NCBI GenBank assembly: GCA_040386535.1 | Contig: JAZKFH010000039.1 | Location: forward strand, 1-64,000 | Source: Myxococcota bacterium | Lineage (GTDB): Bacteria > Myxococcota_A > UBA796 > SXON01 | DNA length: 64,000 nucleotides | Reading direction: 5' to 3' | Shown here: positions 19,154-28,868 of the stretch, piece after piece | How the letters are laid out: each line of letters begins with the position of its first letter | How positions within the stretch are numbered: position 1 is the stretch's first letter | Program-made: the position numbers and the translations under genes | Notes under the pieces: model-generated | Seen by the model: only the letters and a program-made list of their open reading frames with translations | Database searches by the model: none | What the model was told of the DNA's origin: nothing

Positions 19154-21370
19154 ATGGGGTCCCCCATGCCTCCCGACGTCCAACCACATGGTGAGAGCAC
19201 CTACGGTGACACCGCCTACGGTGACACGGCGCTGATCCAGAACGTGATCGAGCGGGTGCAGGAGTACGCGCCCGGTGCCGACGTGGGCCTGGTCACCGAG
19301 GCGTACCAGTACGCCGCGCTCCGGCACCGCGGCCAGGTCCGCAAGAACGGCGAGGACTACCTCATCCATCCGCTGGCCGTCGCGAACATCCTCGCGGGCC
19401 TGCAGATGGACGTGGAGACCATCGCGACCGGCCTGTTGCACGACACGATGGAGGACACCCTCGCCACGCGCGACGAGATCGAGCAGCGCTTCGGCAAGGC
19501 CGTCGCCGACATGGTCGAGGGCGTCACCAAGCTCTCGAAGCTGACCTACAAGGGCAAGCTCGAAGAGCAGGCCGAGAACTTCCGCAAGCTCGTGCTCGCC
19601 TTCGGGCGGGACCTGCGCGTCATCATCGTCAAGGTGGCCGATCGGCTGCACAACATGCGCACGCTCGAGCACCACCGGCCCGAGAAGCGCCAGTCCATCG
19701 CCCGGGAAACGCTCGACATCTACGCGCCGCTCGTGCATCGCCTCGGGCTGGAGCTGGTGAAGGGCGAGCTCGAAGACCTGTGCTTCCGCTGGTTGCATCC
19801 CGACGCCTGGGCGTCGTTGCGCGAGCAGTTGGCCGAGGGGGAGGTCGAGCGCGACCAGCACGTCCGCGACACGATCTCGCTGCTCGAGACCACGCTGGCG
19901 AAGCACGAGGTCCAGGCCAACGTCACCGGCCGGGTCAAGCACCTCTACAGCATCTGGCGCAAGATGCAGAAGTCCGGGAAGCACCTCTCGGACATCCACG
20001 ATCTGCTCGCCTTCCGCGTGCTCGTGCAGGATCGCGGCACCTGCTACGTCGCGCTCGGGTTCGTCCACGCGAGCTTCATCCCCGTCGCCCGGCGGATGAA
20101 GGACTACATCGCGGTCGCCAAGTCGAACGGCTACCAGTCGCTCCACACCACGGTGATCGGGCCCGACGGGCGCCAGATCGAGATCCAGATCCGCACCCCC
20201 GCCATGCACCGCATCGCGGAGACCGGCATCGCGGCGCACTGGCGCTACAAGAACGGCCGGCTCGCGGTCACGAACAACGAGCTCGAAGAGGTGGCGCGGC
20301 TGCGCGGCTTCATCGAGATGGCGCGCGACATCGAGGATCCGGCCGACTTCATGGAGGCCGCCCGCAGCGACCTCGGCGACACGATCCACGTCTTCACGCC
20401 CGCGCGGGACGTGATCCTGCTGCCCGAGCAGGCCACCGCGCTCGATTTCGCCTACCACATCCACACCGAGGTCGGAAACCGGGCCGCCGGCGCCAAGGTG
20501 AACGGGCGGATGGTGCCGCTCCGCACGACGCTCAAGATCGGGGACACGGTCGAGATCCTCACCAAGAACGACGCGCACCCCTCTCGCGACTGGCTCGCCT
20601 GGGCGAACAGCCACCGCGCGCTCGAGAAGATCCGGAAGAAGCTCCGCGACATGCTCGCCGATCACGGCGTGGCGATGGGCCGCGAGATCCTCGACGGCGC
20701 GCTGCGCAAGGTGGGCTCGAGCCTCAAGCGGGAGCTCTCGGAGAAGGGGGTCGGCGATCGCCTGAAGGAAGGCGGCTACAAGGATCTCGACGCGCTCGCG
20801 CTCGAGGTCGTCAGCGGCCGCACGAGCCCCGCCGAGGCCGCCCGGGTGCTGCATCCCGTCCAGCCCGAGGCGCCCCCCGCGCCCGCGCCCTCGGCGCTCT
20901 CCGCGTGGATCCAGCGCGTCCGCAAGTCGAACGACAGCGCGATCATCGTGAACGGCGAGAGCGACATCCTCGTCGATTACGCGCGGTGTTGCCGCCCGAT
21001 GAAGGGCGAGTCGATCATCGGCTACATCACGCGTGGCCGCGGCCTCTCGGTCCACAAGGCCGACTGCGCGATGGTGAAGGGCCTCGACGCCGATCGGGTG
21101 GTGCCGGTCGACTGGGACGGCTCGGTCAAGACCCTCCACCAGGGCCTCCTGCGCGTCGTCTGCGACGACCGCCCCGGCATCCTCGCCGAGATCACCGGCA
21201 CGTGCGCTTCGACGAAGATCAACCTCTGGCGTGCGGACATGCGCACCACCGACGACGACCGCGCGGTGTGTGACCTCGGCATCGCCGTGCACGACGTGGG
21301 CGAGCTCTCGCTGCTCATCAAGCGGCTCAAGAGCCTCAAGGGCGTGGTCACGGTGGACCGGGCCAGCTAG
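19154..21370 (+). CDS. rel: Bifunctional (p)ppGpp synthetase/hydrolase, long RSH
   Basis: LLHDTMED hydrolase motif, RVKHLYSI, NGYQSLHT, EIQIRT, HWRYK, TGS domain, ARCCRP zinc finger, ACT domain. Confidence 0.95.
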   Translation: MGSPMPPDVQPHGESTYGDTAYGDTALIQNVIERVQEYAPGADVGLVTEAYQYAALRHRGQVRKNGEDYLIHPLAVANILAGLQMDVETIATGLLHDTMEDTLATRDEIEQRFGKAVADMVEGVTKLSKLTYKGKLEEQAENFRKLVLAFGRDLRVIIVKVADRLHNMRTLEHHRPEKRQSIARETLDIYAPLVHRLGLELVKGELEDLCFRWLHPDAWASLREQLAEGEVERDQHVRDTISLLETTLAKHEVQANVTGRVKHLYSIWRKMQKSGKHLSDIHDLLAFRVLVQDRGTCYVALGFVHASFIPVARRMKDYIAVAKSNGYQSLHTTVIGPDGRQIEIQIRTPAMHRIAETGIAAHWRYKNGRLAVTNNELEEVARLRGFIEMARDIEDPADFMEAARSDLGDTIHVFTPARDVILLPEQATALDFAYHIHTEVGNRAAGAKVNGRMVPLRTTLKIGDTVEILTKNDAHPSRDWLAWANSHRALEKIRKKLRDMLADHGVAMGREILDGALRKVGSSLKRELSEKGVGDRLKEGGYKDLDALALEVVSGRTSPAEAARVLHPVQPEAPPAPAPSALSAWIQRVRKSNDSAIIVNGESDILVDYARCCRPMKGESIIGYITRGRGLSVHKADCAMVKGLDADRVVPVDWDGSVKTLHQGLLRVVCDDRPGILAEITGTCASTKINLWRADMRTTDDDRAVCDLGIAVHDVGELSLLIKRLKSLKGVVTVDRAS

Positions 21371-21416
21371 TCCACGGGTGGAGGTGCCCTTGAGGCTTCA
21401 CGCGGCAGGCTGGTTG

Positions 21417-21917
21417 ATGGTGGGCGTGCTCCTGGCCGGCTGCCAGGGGAACACGGACGCGCCGGAGACGGGGAAGGATCCGGCGGACACGGACACGGAC
21501 ACCGACACCGACACCGACACCGACACGGACACCGACACCGACACCGACACGGACACCGACACGGACACCGACACCAGCGAGGCCTGTGGCGGCGAGCCCT
21601 CCTGCGCGCTCCCGGTCTCCGGCGCGGACGGTCAGTGCGACAGCACGGTCACGGGGTTCAGCGCCACGAGCACCACGCCGGGCGTCATCGAGGTGCGGCA
21701 TGACGAGTGGGCGTACGGCTGCTGCCCCACGATGGAGGTGGCCGCGACGCTCACGCCGGCCACGGCGACCATCGACAACGTCGTCGTCGCGGCCAGTGAC
21801 GAGTGCAACTGCGCCTGCCAGTTGGACGTGTCCTGGACCATCGGGGAGGTCCCCGCGGGCACGTGGACCGTCGTGTCCGGGGCGCAGAGCGCCGTGGTCT
21901 CGGTCGCCGCGCCGTAG
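21417..21917 (+). CDS. Lipoprotein with (DT)15 linker and Cys-rich Ig-like domain
   Basis: LAGC lipobox, YGCC...CNCAC...VPAGTWTV; start uncertain. Confidence 0.7.
   Translation: MVGVLLAGCQGNTDAPETGKDPADTDTDTDTDTDTDTDTDTDTDTDTDTDTDTSEACGGEPSCALPVSGADGQCDSTVTGFSATSTTPGVIEVRHDEWAYGCCPTMEVAATLTPATATIDNVVVAASDECNCACQLDVSWTIGEVPAGTWTVVSGAQSAVVSVAAP
21486..21575 (+). repeat. In-frame hexanucleotide tandem repeat (GACACC/GACACG) x15
   Basis: 90 bp read directly from the sequence; encodes Asp-Thr x15. Confidence 0.95.
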
Positions 21918-21934
21918 TCGGCGGGCCCGAGCGC

Positions 21935-22399
21935 CTAGAAGTAGTAGTGCGCCGCGATCGCCGGCGAGGAGCCGACGGTCTTGACCGCCCAGGCGGCGCC
22001 GAGGTCGACGTTGGCGCCCCACTCCACGGAGAAGCCGAGGTTCTCCAGCCCGAAGAAGAAGAACTCGGCGCCCACGACCGGCTGGAGGCGCACGGTGCCC
22101 TCGAGCCCGTCCACGATGTAGCCGGCGCCGGCCCCGAGGTAGAGGTTCATGTTGTCCTCGGCCACCACCGAGTACAGCAGGCGGCCACCCGCGAAGAACT
22201 TCGGCTCGGTCAACGCCGCGAGATCGGCGCCGAGGTCGACCTCGACCTGCACGTTCGACGTGGGCTTGCCCGTCGGCAGGCCGTAGCGGACGGAGAGCGC
22301 GGACACGCTGCCGAATTGTTCGTGGAAGCCGACTCCGAACCGTGAGCGGAGATCCTTGGCTTCGGCGGGCGCGGAGACGAGCAGCAGCGCGAGGAGCAT
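21935..22399 (-). CDS. Small outer-membrane beta-barrel protein
   Basis: Signal peptide ending AEA, alternating strands such as LYLGAGAGY, terminal HYYF. Confidence 0.75.
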   Translation of the reverse strand: MLLALLLVSAPAEAKDLRSRFGVGFHEQFGSVSALSVRYGLPTGKPTSNVQVEVDLGADLAALTEPKFFAGGRLLYSVVAEDNMNLYLGAGAGYIVDGLEGTVRLQPVVGAEFFFFGLENLGFSVEWGANVDLGAAWAVKTVGSSPAIAAHYYF

Positions 22400-22497
22400 A
22401 CGATCCCAGGGAAGGGCGGCCTCTAACGGTCCTCGTCCGACGGGTCAAAGCGGACGTCGGCAGCGGGCGACATCGGCGCTCGCCGACATCGCCGGCC

Positions 22498-23325
22498 TCA
22501 ACGCCGCTGGATCACCAGCGCCGGGGCGAGCGTCGATACCCCGGGCCCCTCGATCCGCATCACCGCGCGACGCACCTCGGTGCGCGGCGGCCGGAACCCG
22601 AAGGCCCGCGCGACCAGCCGCTCGGCCGCGACCGTGTGGCTCCACCCGTCCTGCACCACGGCGTCTCCCGCCGAGCGGAAGGACAGCGTCCAGTCGCCCA
22701 ACGTGAGCGCCGTGCCGCGCTCGATGGGGAAGGTGGTGGAGTCGCCTGTCCATGTGCGTTCGCCCGCGCGGACCCACGCCGGGCAGTCCGACAGCGGCTC
22801 GATCGCTGCGGCGAAGCCCTCCCCGAGCACGTAGAGCGCCGAGCCCTCGACCTCGCCGTCCGTGCGCGTGCGGGTCACGATGGCCGAGCCGCTCAGGAGC
22901 CGCCCGTCCACGCGGTCCTCCACCACGCCGGCCATCTCGCCGATCTCGGGCGGACACCCTGGCCGCGCCCCCCGGGCTGCCACCCGCGCGCCGAGCCCGT
23001 CGCCCCCCACGCGCAGCTCCCACCCGTCCGGCACGGCGACCAACGCGTCCGCGCCCCCGCGCACGCCCTCGTCCCCGAGCGGCGCCGGCCCCCACGACGC
23101 GCGGTGCTCGATGACGCCGGGGCCCGCGGGCAGGAGCAAGAGGCGCGTGGTGAGCTGCCCGTCGAGCAGCCCGGTGTTCCCGACGGAGAGCCACGTCCAG
23201 AGCAAGGCGCCGTCGGCGTCTACCCCGACGATCGACCACGCCTCGCTCCGCGGCCGGACCCCGACGCGCACCGCCGTGTACCCGACCGCGAGGAGGAGGA
23301 GGCTACCCAGCAGGACTGCGCGCAC
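22498..23325 (-). CDS. Exported hypothetical protein
   Basis: N-terminal hydrophobic anchor, Trp/Gly-rich beta composition; last gene of an overlapping chain. Confidence 0.55.
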   Translation of the reverse strand: MRAVLLGSLLLLAVGYTAVRVGVRPRSEAWSIVGVDADGALLWTWLSVGNTGLLDGQLTTRLLLLPAGPGVIEHRASWGPAPLGDEGVRGGADALVAVPDGWELRVGGDGLGARVAARGARPGCPPEIGEMAGVVEDRVDGRLLSGSAIVTRTRTDGEVEGSALYVLGEGFAAAIEPLSDCPAWVRAGERTWTGDSTTFPIERGTALTLGDWTLSFRSAGDAVVQDGWSHTVAAERLVARAFGFRPPRTEVRRAVMRIEGPGVSTLAPALVIQRR

Positions 23326-24106
23326 CGAACACCGGGTTCCAGGGGCGGTCGATCCGACCGGGGGCACAACCCGCGGCCACGGCAGCGACGACCTCCGCGT
23401 CGAGCGCGGGGTCGGGGAGATAGAGCTCACCGAGGAGGGCGAGGGCGTCCTTCGGCGTGCCGCGGCAGATGCGGTCCTTCGTGTCCGCGGGCGTGTTCGG
23501 GCGGAGGAGGGCCTCCACCACGCTCCGGCGGACATAGGTGCGCGTGCCCGATTCGCAGCGGGCGCGGTCGGTCGCGTCGGTCAAGGTCGCGCACGGCGCC
23601 AGCGACGCCGGGCGGTTGCGGGCGTGCGCGAAGTACCACCAGTCGGCCCAGAGCTGCTCCTCGGCGCCGGGGCCGACGGTCTCGATGGCGGACCAGTAGG
23701 CGACGATCGGGCGGGCCTTCTCGATGCCCGCCACGGCTCGTCCCAGGTCGTTCGACGCGAGCTGGAGCTCGAAGGTCCACGCGTGGTACAGGCACTCGTT
23801 GTAGTAGGCGCCGGCCGCGCCGCACCCGGTCAACGCGCCCCAGCGATCCCCCGCCGTGGCGCGGGCCTCGGCGATGCCGAACGCGCACTCCGAGCGCCAC
23901 TGTTCGCTGCGGAGGGCCGCGCAGCGCGCGATCGGGGCGTCGGCGTGGCCGCGGACCACGGTGGCGACACACTCCTCGGCCGACTCGCCCGCCGCGTCGC
24001 AGAGCAGCAGCGCCTCGTCCAGGGGGAGGTTCCCGGCGAGCGCGTCGCGGAAGGCCGCTGCGGGCGTGGGGCCGCCACACCCGGGCAAGAGCGCGGCGAG
24101 GAGCAT
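23303..24106 (-). CDS. Cys-repeat lipoprotein
   Basis: MLLAALLPGC; repeated C-x9-10-C units such as CAALRSEQWRSEC and CATLTDATDRARC. Confidence 0.65.
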   Translation of the reverse strand: MLLAALLPGCGGPTPAAAFRDALAGNLPLDEALLLCDAAGESAEECVATVVRGHADAPIARCAALRSEQWRSECAFGIAEARATAGDRWGALTGCGAAGAYYNECLYHAWTFELQLASNDLGRAVAGIEKARPIVAYWSAIETVGPGAEEQLWADWWYFAHARNRPASLAPCATLTDATDRARCESGTRTYVRRSVVEALLRPNTPADTKDRICRGTPKDALALLGELYLPDPALDAEVVAAVAAGCAPGRIDRPWNPVFGARSPAG

Positions 24107-24783
24107 CAGCGCGGCGCGCAGAGGTCGCTCCGCGCGGCGCGCACTGCGTCGAGCTCGGGGTCGGGCGCGTAGGCGAGCAGCGTGGGCAGGGGCCCACCGT
24201 CGCATGGGTAGATCTTCTGGTCCCGCGCGTGGTTCAACAGATCCTGGTACATCGCGATGCCGGTGCGTTTGCACGCCTCGCGGCGGTCGAGATTCGCCAC
24301 CGCGTCACACGCAGCGCGGTCGATGGGGCGTGTCGCCCCGAGCACGTGGCGGTAGAACGCGGACCAGGGGCGCATGTCGTCCGCGGCGAGCCCCGCGGCC
24401 ACGATGCGGGACTCCGCGGCCGCCTCCTGCTCGCCGGGGCGCACCTTCTTCGGCAGCCACGTGGCGAAGCCGCGCGACAACACGTGCAGCGCACAGTCGT
24501 CCGCGAAGGGGACCGCACGGGGGCACAACGCCGCGTCCTTGGTGGACTCGGCCAGCTGGAACCAGCACTCACCGCGGATCGTGGGGTCGGCCACCCCCTC
24601 GCAGTCCGCCGGAGAGGTCGCCGTGGCCTCGCGGCAGTCGTCCCGCAGCGCGGCGTCGCGAATCGGCGCGCATTCGCCCGAGGTCAGGCCCTCGACGTAG
24701 CGGGCGCGGTCCGCCGCGTCGCCCGCCGCGCGATCACACCCCCCGAGCAGCAGACCGGCGCCGACGAGCAACACCCGGATCAT
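24106..24783 (-). CDS. Cys-repeat lipoprotein
   Basis: LGGC lipobox; CAPIRDAALRDDC, CEGVADPTIRGEC, CDAVANLDRREAC. Confidence 0.65.
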   Translation of the reverse strand: MIRVLLVGAGLLLGGCDRAAGDAADRARYVEGLTSGECAPIRDAALRDDCREATATSPADCEGVADPTIRGECWFQLAESTKDAALCPRAVPFADDCALHVLSRGFATWLPKKVRPGEQEAAAESRIVAAGLAADDMRPWSAFYRHVLGATRPIDRAACDAVANLDRREACKRTGIAMYQDLLNHARDQKIYPCDGGPLPTLLAYAPDPELDAVRAARSDLCAPR

Positions 24784-26177
24784 GGCTCGATGGTGTCGAT
24801 AGTTACGAAGCTGGTGCCGTCGATGATCCACACGTCGATCGGTGCCGTGGTCTCCTCGGTGTCCGGATCGAAGTCGAGCGAGCCCGACGAGCCCGTGACG
24901 TCGATCGGGGCGGACTCGTCGAACACCGCCTGCACCTGCGACCACGAGGTGGGGTTGATCGAGATCGGGGTGCCGAGGGAGACGTGCCGGAGGCCGCGGG
25001 CGACGTTCGTGCCGGTCAGGCCGTCCTCGTTGGCGGCGGCCCACGCGACCCCGTAGATCGCGAGCCACGCGGCGTCCCAGGTGTGCGCCGTGTACACCGA
25101 GTCCGACGCGGCGGCCGGCGAGAAGGCGCCGGCGTAGGCCCCCGAGAAGAAGTCGTACACGGCCCCCGCCGGCACCGAGGGGGCGGTGCCGCGCACCTGG
25201 TCGAACAGGTCCCAGGCGCCCGACGCGCCGGCGAGCACGTCGTCGTCGCGGGCGCTGTCGGTGAGGAAGATCGGCATGGTCGCGTAGGGCTCGAGCACCG
25301 CGGCGGCGTTGAGGAACGCGGCCACGTCGGTGCCCTCGGCGGAGATGAACAACACCTCCTCCGGCTGGGCGGCCGCGACGCTGGTGACCGCGAGGTCCCG
25401 CTGGGTGTCGTCGGAGAAGGGGAAGAGCGTGACGGTGCCGCCGTCGTCCCTGAATGCCTTCTCGAACACCTGCGCGAGGCCCTCGCCGTAGGAGCCGGAG
25501 CCGTAGATCACCGCCACATCGTCGACGAACCGGAGACGCATGTCCTGCGCCACGACGGCGCCCTGCAGCGAGTCGGGCGCCGCGGTGCGCCAGAACAGGC
25601 CGGGCTCGTCGTCGGTCTTCGTGAGGCCGTCGATCGTGGACAGCGAGGGGCTGGTGGCAGAGGGCGAGATGAGGACGGTGTCCGCCGGGGAGGCCACCGT
25701 GTACGCGGCCTCGGCGGCGGAGGAGGTGGCGGGGCCGATGATCGCGGGCACGCCGAGCGTCTCGGCCAGCCACGACGTGGTGAACGAGGTGGCCTCGATC
25801 AGATCGCGGTCGTCGTAGACGTTGTTCTCCTCGTACGTGCACTCGACGATCGCATAGGGGCGCCCGTCGAGGCCGGACAGGTCGTTCACCTGCATCACGG
25901 CGAGGCGGGCGGCGCGGGTCTCGGGGGTGTCGGAGGTGTGGTCGAACAGGCTGCCCAGCACGATCGCGTCGCGATAGTTCTCGATGCGCTGGAACAGGTC
26001 GACCGGCCACGCGGCGTTGCACCGCGGCTCGACCTCGATCTGTTCGCAGAGGCCGGCCTCGCCGCACGTGTAGCCGAAGCCGAAGGCCTCGCGGCACTCC
26101 GCCCCGCTTTCGCAGGTGGCGTAGTCGAACGTGGTGAAGGAGCAGCCGCCGAGCAGGCCGAGCGCGAGGATCCTCAA
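24780..26177 (-). CDS. Lipoprotein, type 1 periplasmic-binding (LIV/Venus flytrap) domain with Cys-rich N-terminus
   Basis: AIIGPATS, LISPSATSPSL, FWRTAAPDSLQG, YGEGL, WDAAWL, GSSGSLDFD. Confidence 0.85.
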   Translation of the reverse strand: MRILALGLLGGCSFTTFDYATCESGAECREAFGFGYTCGEAGLCEQIEVEPRCNAAWPVDLFQRIENYRDAIVLGSLFDHTSDTPETRAARLAVMQVNDLSGLDGRPYAIVECTYEENNVYDDRDLIEATSFTTSWLAETLGVPAIIGPATSSAAEAAYTVASPADTVLISPSATSPSLSTIDGLTKTDDEPGLFWRTAAPDSLQGAVVAQDMRLRFVDDVAVIYGSGSYGEGLAQVFEKAFRDDGGTVTLFPFSDDTQRDLAVTSVAAAQPEEVLFISAEGTDVAAFLNAAAVLEPYATMPIFLTDSARDDDVLAGASGAWDLFDQVRGTAPSVPAGAVYDFFSGAYAGAFSPAAASDSVYTAHTWDAAWLAIYGVAWAAANEDGLTGTNVARGLRHVSLGTPISINPTSWSQVQAVFDESAPIDVTGSSGSLDFDPDTEETTAPIDVWIIDGTSFVTIDTIEP

Positions 26178-26965
26178 CGGAAGGCCCCCCCGAGGAGCAG
26201 CATGGCGCCGTCCTCCTGGACGTTCACCGCCACCTTCACGGGGGCGGGCGGTAGGAGCAGCCCGATGATGCCGCCCGCGACGGCGCCGATCCCGACACCC
26301 AGGCTGATGTCCGCCACGAGCGCGCTCTGGCGGTCGGTGGCGAGCGCGCCGGCGGCCGAGTCCGGGCACCACGTCTTCTCGCCGAGGGGGGTGCAGAGCG
26401 CCGCGGCGTCGGCCCGTGCGTCGAGCGCGCGGAATCCGAACACCGCGCCGGTCGCGAGGCCCGCGCCGCCCACGCCGAGCAGGACGAGCGGCACGGCCCG
26501 GACGGGCTTGCGCGGGAGGGTCGCGACGGACCCGGACGAGGCGCCGGAGGAGGTGGAGGGGGGCGCGACGGTCACCGCGGGGGGCGGCGTGAGGGGGGCG
26601 GGCTCGGCCTCGACCAGCCGCCGCTCGATGTTGCGGATGCGGCGGTCCAAGGTCTCCCGCTCCTCGGCGGGCGCGAACGCGCGGTACCGGCTCAACAGCT
26701 CCATCGCCTCGTCGTAACGGCCCAGCCGCTCGGTGGCGTTCGCCATGTTGAAGAGCAGGAGCGAGCGCCCGGAGAGGCGCCAGGCCTCCTTCCAGGCCGC
26801 GATGGCGTCTTCGTAGCGGCCCTCGTCGTACAGCAGCGAGCCGTTCTCGAACAGCTCGCGCGCACGCGCGTCGTCGGCGGGCGCGACGGTGGAGGGATCC
26901 GGGGCCGGCGGCAGGCCCTGGGCGTGGGCGGCCGTGGAGAGGGAGAGGAGCAGGAGCGCGATCAA
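26174..26965 (-). CDS. Exported TPR protein with C-terminal hydrophobic segments
   Basis: ARELFENG...YDEGRYEDAIAAW...LLFNMA...LGRYDEA. Confidence 0.8.
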   Translation of the reverse strand: MIALLLLSLSTAAHAQGLPPAPDPSTVAPADDARARELFENGSLLYDEGRYEDAIAAWKEAWRLSGRSLLLFNMANATERLGRYDEAMELLSRYRAFAPAEERETLDRRIRNIERRLVEAEPAPLTPPPAVTVAPPSTSSGASSGSVATLPRKPVRAVPLVLLGVGGAGLATGAVFGFRALDARADAAALCTPLGEKTWCPDSAAGALATDRQSALVADISLGVGIGAVAGGIIGLLLPPAPVKVAVNVQEDGAMLLLGGAFR

Positions 26966-28692
26966 CGTTGTCCCCAGGGATCCCGCACGTCCGACTGTCG
27001 TCGGGCGCCGCTCGGGGCCGGTGCCGTCGTATCCGGTGTGGGCGCATCGGGGGAGGGGGCCGTGGCCGCGGGCGGGTTCGAGGGGGTCGACGCCGGCTCG
27101 CTCGCCGTTGCGGTACCGGTCATCGCGGTGCTGCTGGTCGCGGCGCTGCTGGTCGCGGTGCCGGTGCTCCGGGAGGGGGCGCGTGTCTGGCGCGACGACG
27201 CGGGCTCGGCGGTCTGGGCCGCGGGCGGCCGGGGTGGCTCTACCAGGGGCGCCGCGACGACGACCGGCGCCGCGTCAACGACGACGGGGGCGGGCTCGCG
27301 AACGGGCACGACGGCGGCCTCTCCGGGCGTGGCAATCGGCTGCACGAGCGCTTCGGTCGGCGGGGGCGCACCTCCCTCCGAGGCCCGCAAGGCGATCCAG
27401 GCGAGGCCGCCGACCGCGAGGAAGAAACCGAGGAGCACGCCGATCCCGATGCTGGCCGCGAGCACCGCGGAGGGACCGCTTCGCGGCAGGACCAGGGAGA
27501 CCTCCGACGGGGTGTTCAGCGGGTTCCGGCCGCCGCTACCGGGGGGCCGCGAGGAGCGGGGCGAGGTCGAGTGGGGGGAGGAGGAGTCGGGGGAGGAAGA
27601 GCGGGGGCCTGCCGCGTCCGGGTGGAAGCCGCTCCCCGTCGTCTCCACCGTTACGGCCGTGGCGCCGTGGCGCAGGCTGTCCCCGCACGCCTGGAGCGCG
27701 CGGAGCACGTCCTCCATGTGCTCGTAGCGATCGGCGGGCGCCTTGGCGAGGCAGCGCATCACCACCGCTTCGAGCGCGGGTGTGGGCTTCATCGACGGGC
27801 ACACGCTCGCCATCGGCGGCGGGGCGTGGTTCAGGTGCCCCATCAGCACGGTGAGCGAGGTGGGGCCCGTGAACGGGGCGCGCCCGGTCAGGCAGGCGTA
27901 GAGCAGCACGCCGAGCGAGTAGATGTCGCTCCGCTGGTCGAGATCCGTCGAGCGGATCTGCTCGGGCGACATGTAGCTGGGCGAGCCCACCAGGGCGTCG
28001 GCGCGGGTCAACTCGGCGTTGCCGCGGATCTCCTTGACCAGCCCGAAGTCGACCACCTTGACGAATTCCTCGTCGCCCCCCGGCCGCGTGAGGATGACGT
28101 TCGACGGCTTCAGGTCGCGGTGGATGAGGCCGAGCGCGTGGGCCTCGCGGAGGGAGGAGGCCACCTGGCGCCCGATGCGGATCACCCGCGCGGGGTCCAT
28201 CGGGGCGTCGGTCTGGATGGCCTGGTAGAGGTTGCGCCCCTCCAGGTACTCCATGGCGATGAACAGGACGTGGTCCCAGGTCTCGCCGTAGTCGAAGACC
28301 CGCACGGTGTGGGGGTGGGTGAGGCGCGCGCAGGTCTCCGCTTCGCGGATGAAGCGCTGCCGGAACTCCTGGTCGTCGTCGTGTTCGAGCCCGACGTCGA
28401 GCACCTTCACGGCCACGATGCGCCCGTGCGGCTCCTGCTCGGCGCGGTAGACGCGGCCCATGCCTCCGCGCGCGAGCAGGCTCACGATGCGGTAGCGCTG
28501 GTCGAGCACCTTGCCGATGAGCGGATCGCGGCGGGGCGTGCGCGGCGTGACGCCGTCGGCGAGGTCGATCTGGTTGCCGATCGACGCGCGGACCGGGCGC
28601 GGCTCCGCCGCCGGCGGCGGTCGCTGCGGCGGGATCGGGTCGTCGGTCGGCAGGGCACCCTCGGCGGGGCGAGCGCCCCGTACGGTGGACAA
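26962..28692 (-). CDS. Hanks-type Ser/Thr protein kinase with TM helix and P/T/A-rich tail
   Basis: ARGGMGRVY, VAVK, HRDLKPSN, DFG, GSPSYMSPEQ, DIYSLG. Confidence 0.95.
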   Translation of the reverse strand: MSTVRGARPAEGALPTDDPIPPQRPPPAAEPRPVRASIGNQIDLADGVTPRTPRRDPLIGKVLDQRYRIVSLLARGGMGRVYRAEQEPHGRIVAVKVLDVGLEHDDDQEFRQRFIREAETCARLTHPHTVRVFDYGETWDHVLFIAMEYLEGRNLYQAIQTDAPMDPARVIRIGRQVASSLREAHALGLIHRDLKPSNVILTRPGGDEEFVKVVDFGLVKEIRGNAELTRADALVGSPSYMSPEQIRSTDLDQRSDIYSLGVLLYACLTGRAPFTGPTSLTVLMGHLNHAPPPMASVCPSMKPTPALEAVVMRCLAKAPADRYEHMEDVLRALQACGDSLRHGATAVTVETTGSGFHPDAAGPRSSSPDSSSPHSTSPRSSRPPGSGGRNPLNTPSEVSLVLPRSGPSAVLAASIGIGVLLGFFLAVGGLAWIALRASEGGAPPPTEALVQPIATPGEAAVVPVREPAPVVVDAAPVVVAAPLVEPPRPPAAQTAEPASSRQTRAPSRSTGTATSSAATSSTAMTGTATASEPASTPSNPPAATAPSPDAPTPDTTAPAPSGARRQSDVRDPWGQR

Positions 28693-28868
28693 TACGCGAT
28701 CCGCGGCCGCGGAGGTAGCGTCAGTGGGTCGAAGCTCGCAGATGTCCTCGAACTAGCTCCGCAGGTCGGTGTTTCCTGCCCACCCGTCCAAGCGGTCGAG
28801 CACGATTGGAAGCGGACCGTCGCCAAGATGTCACAGCCCCCCTCGGTGCCGGCGGTTAGCCGGCGTGC

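Noticed and set aside
21486..21575. CRISPR array or frameshifting phase-variation tract
   Set aside because: The 6-bp unit has no spacers, stays in frame and has no cas genes nearby.
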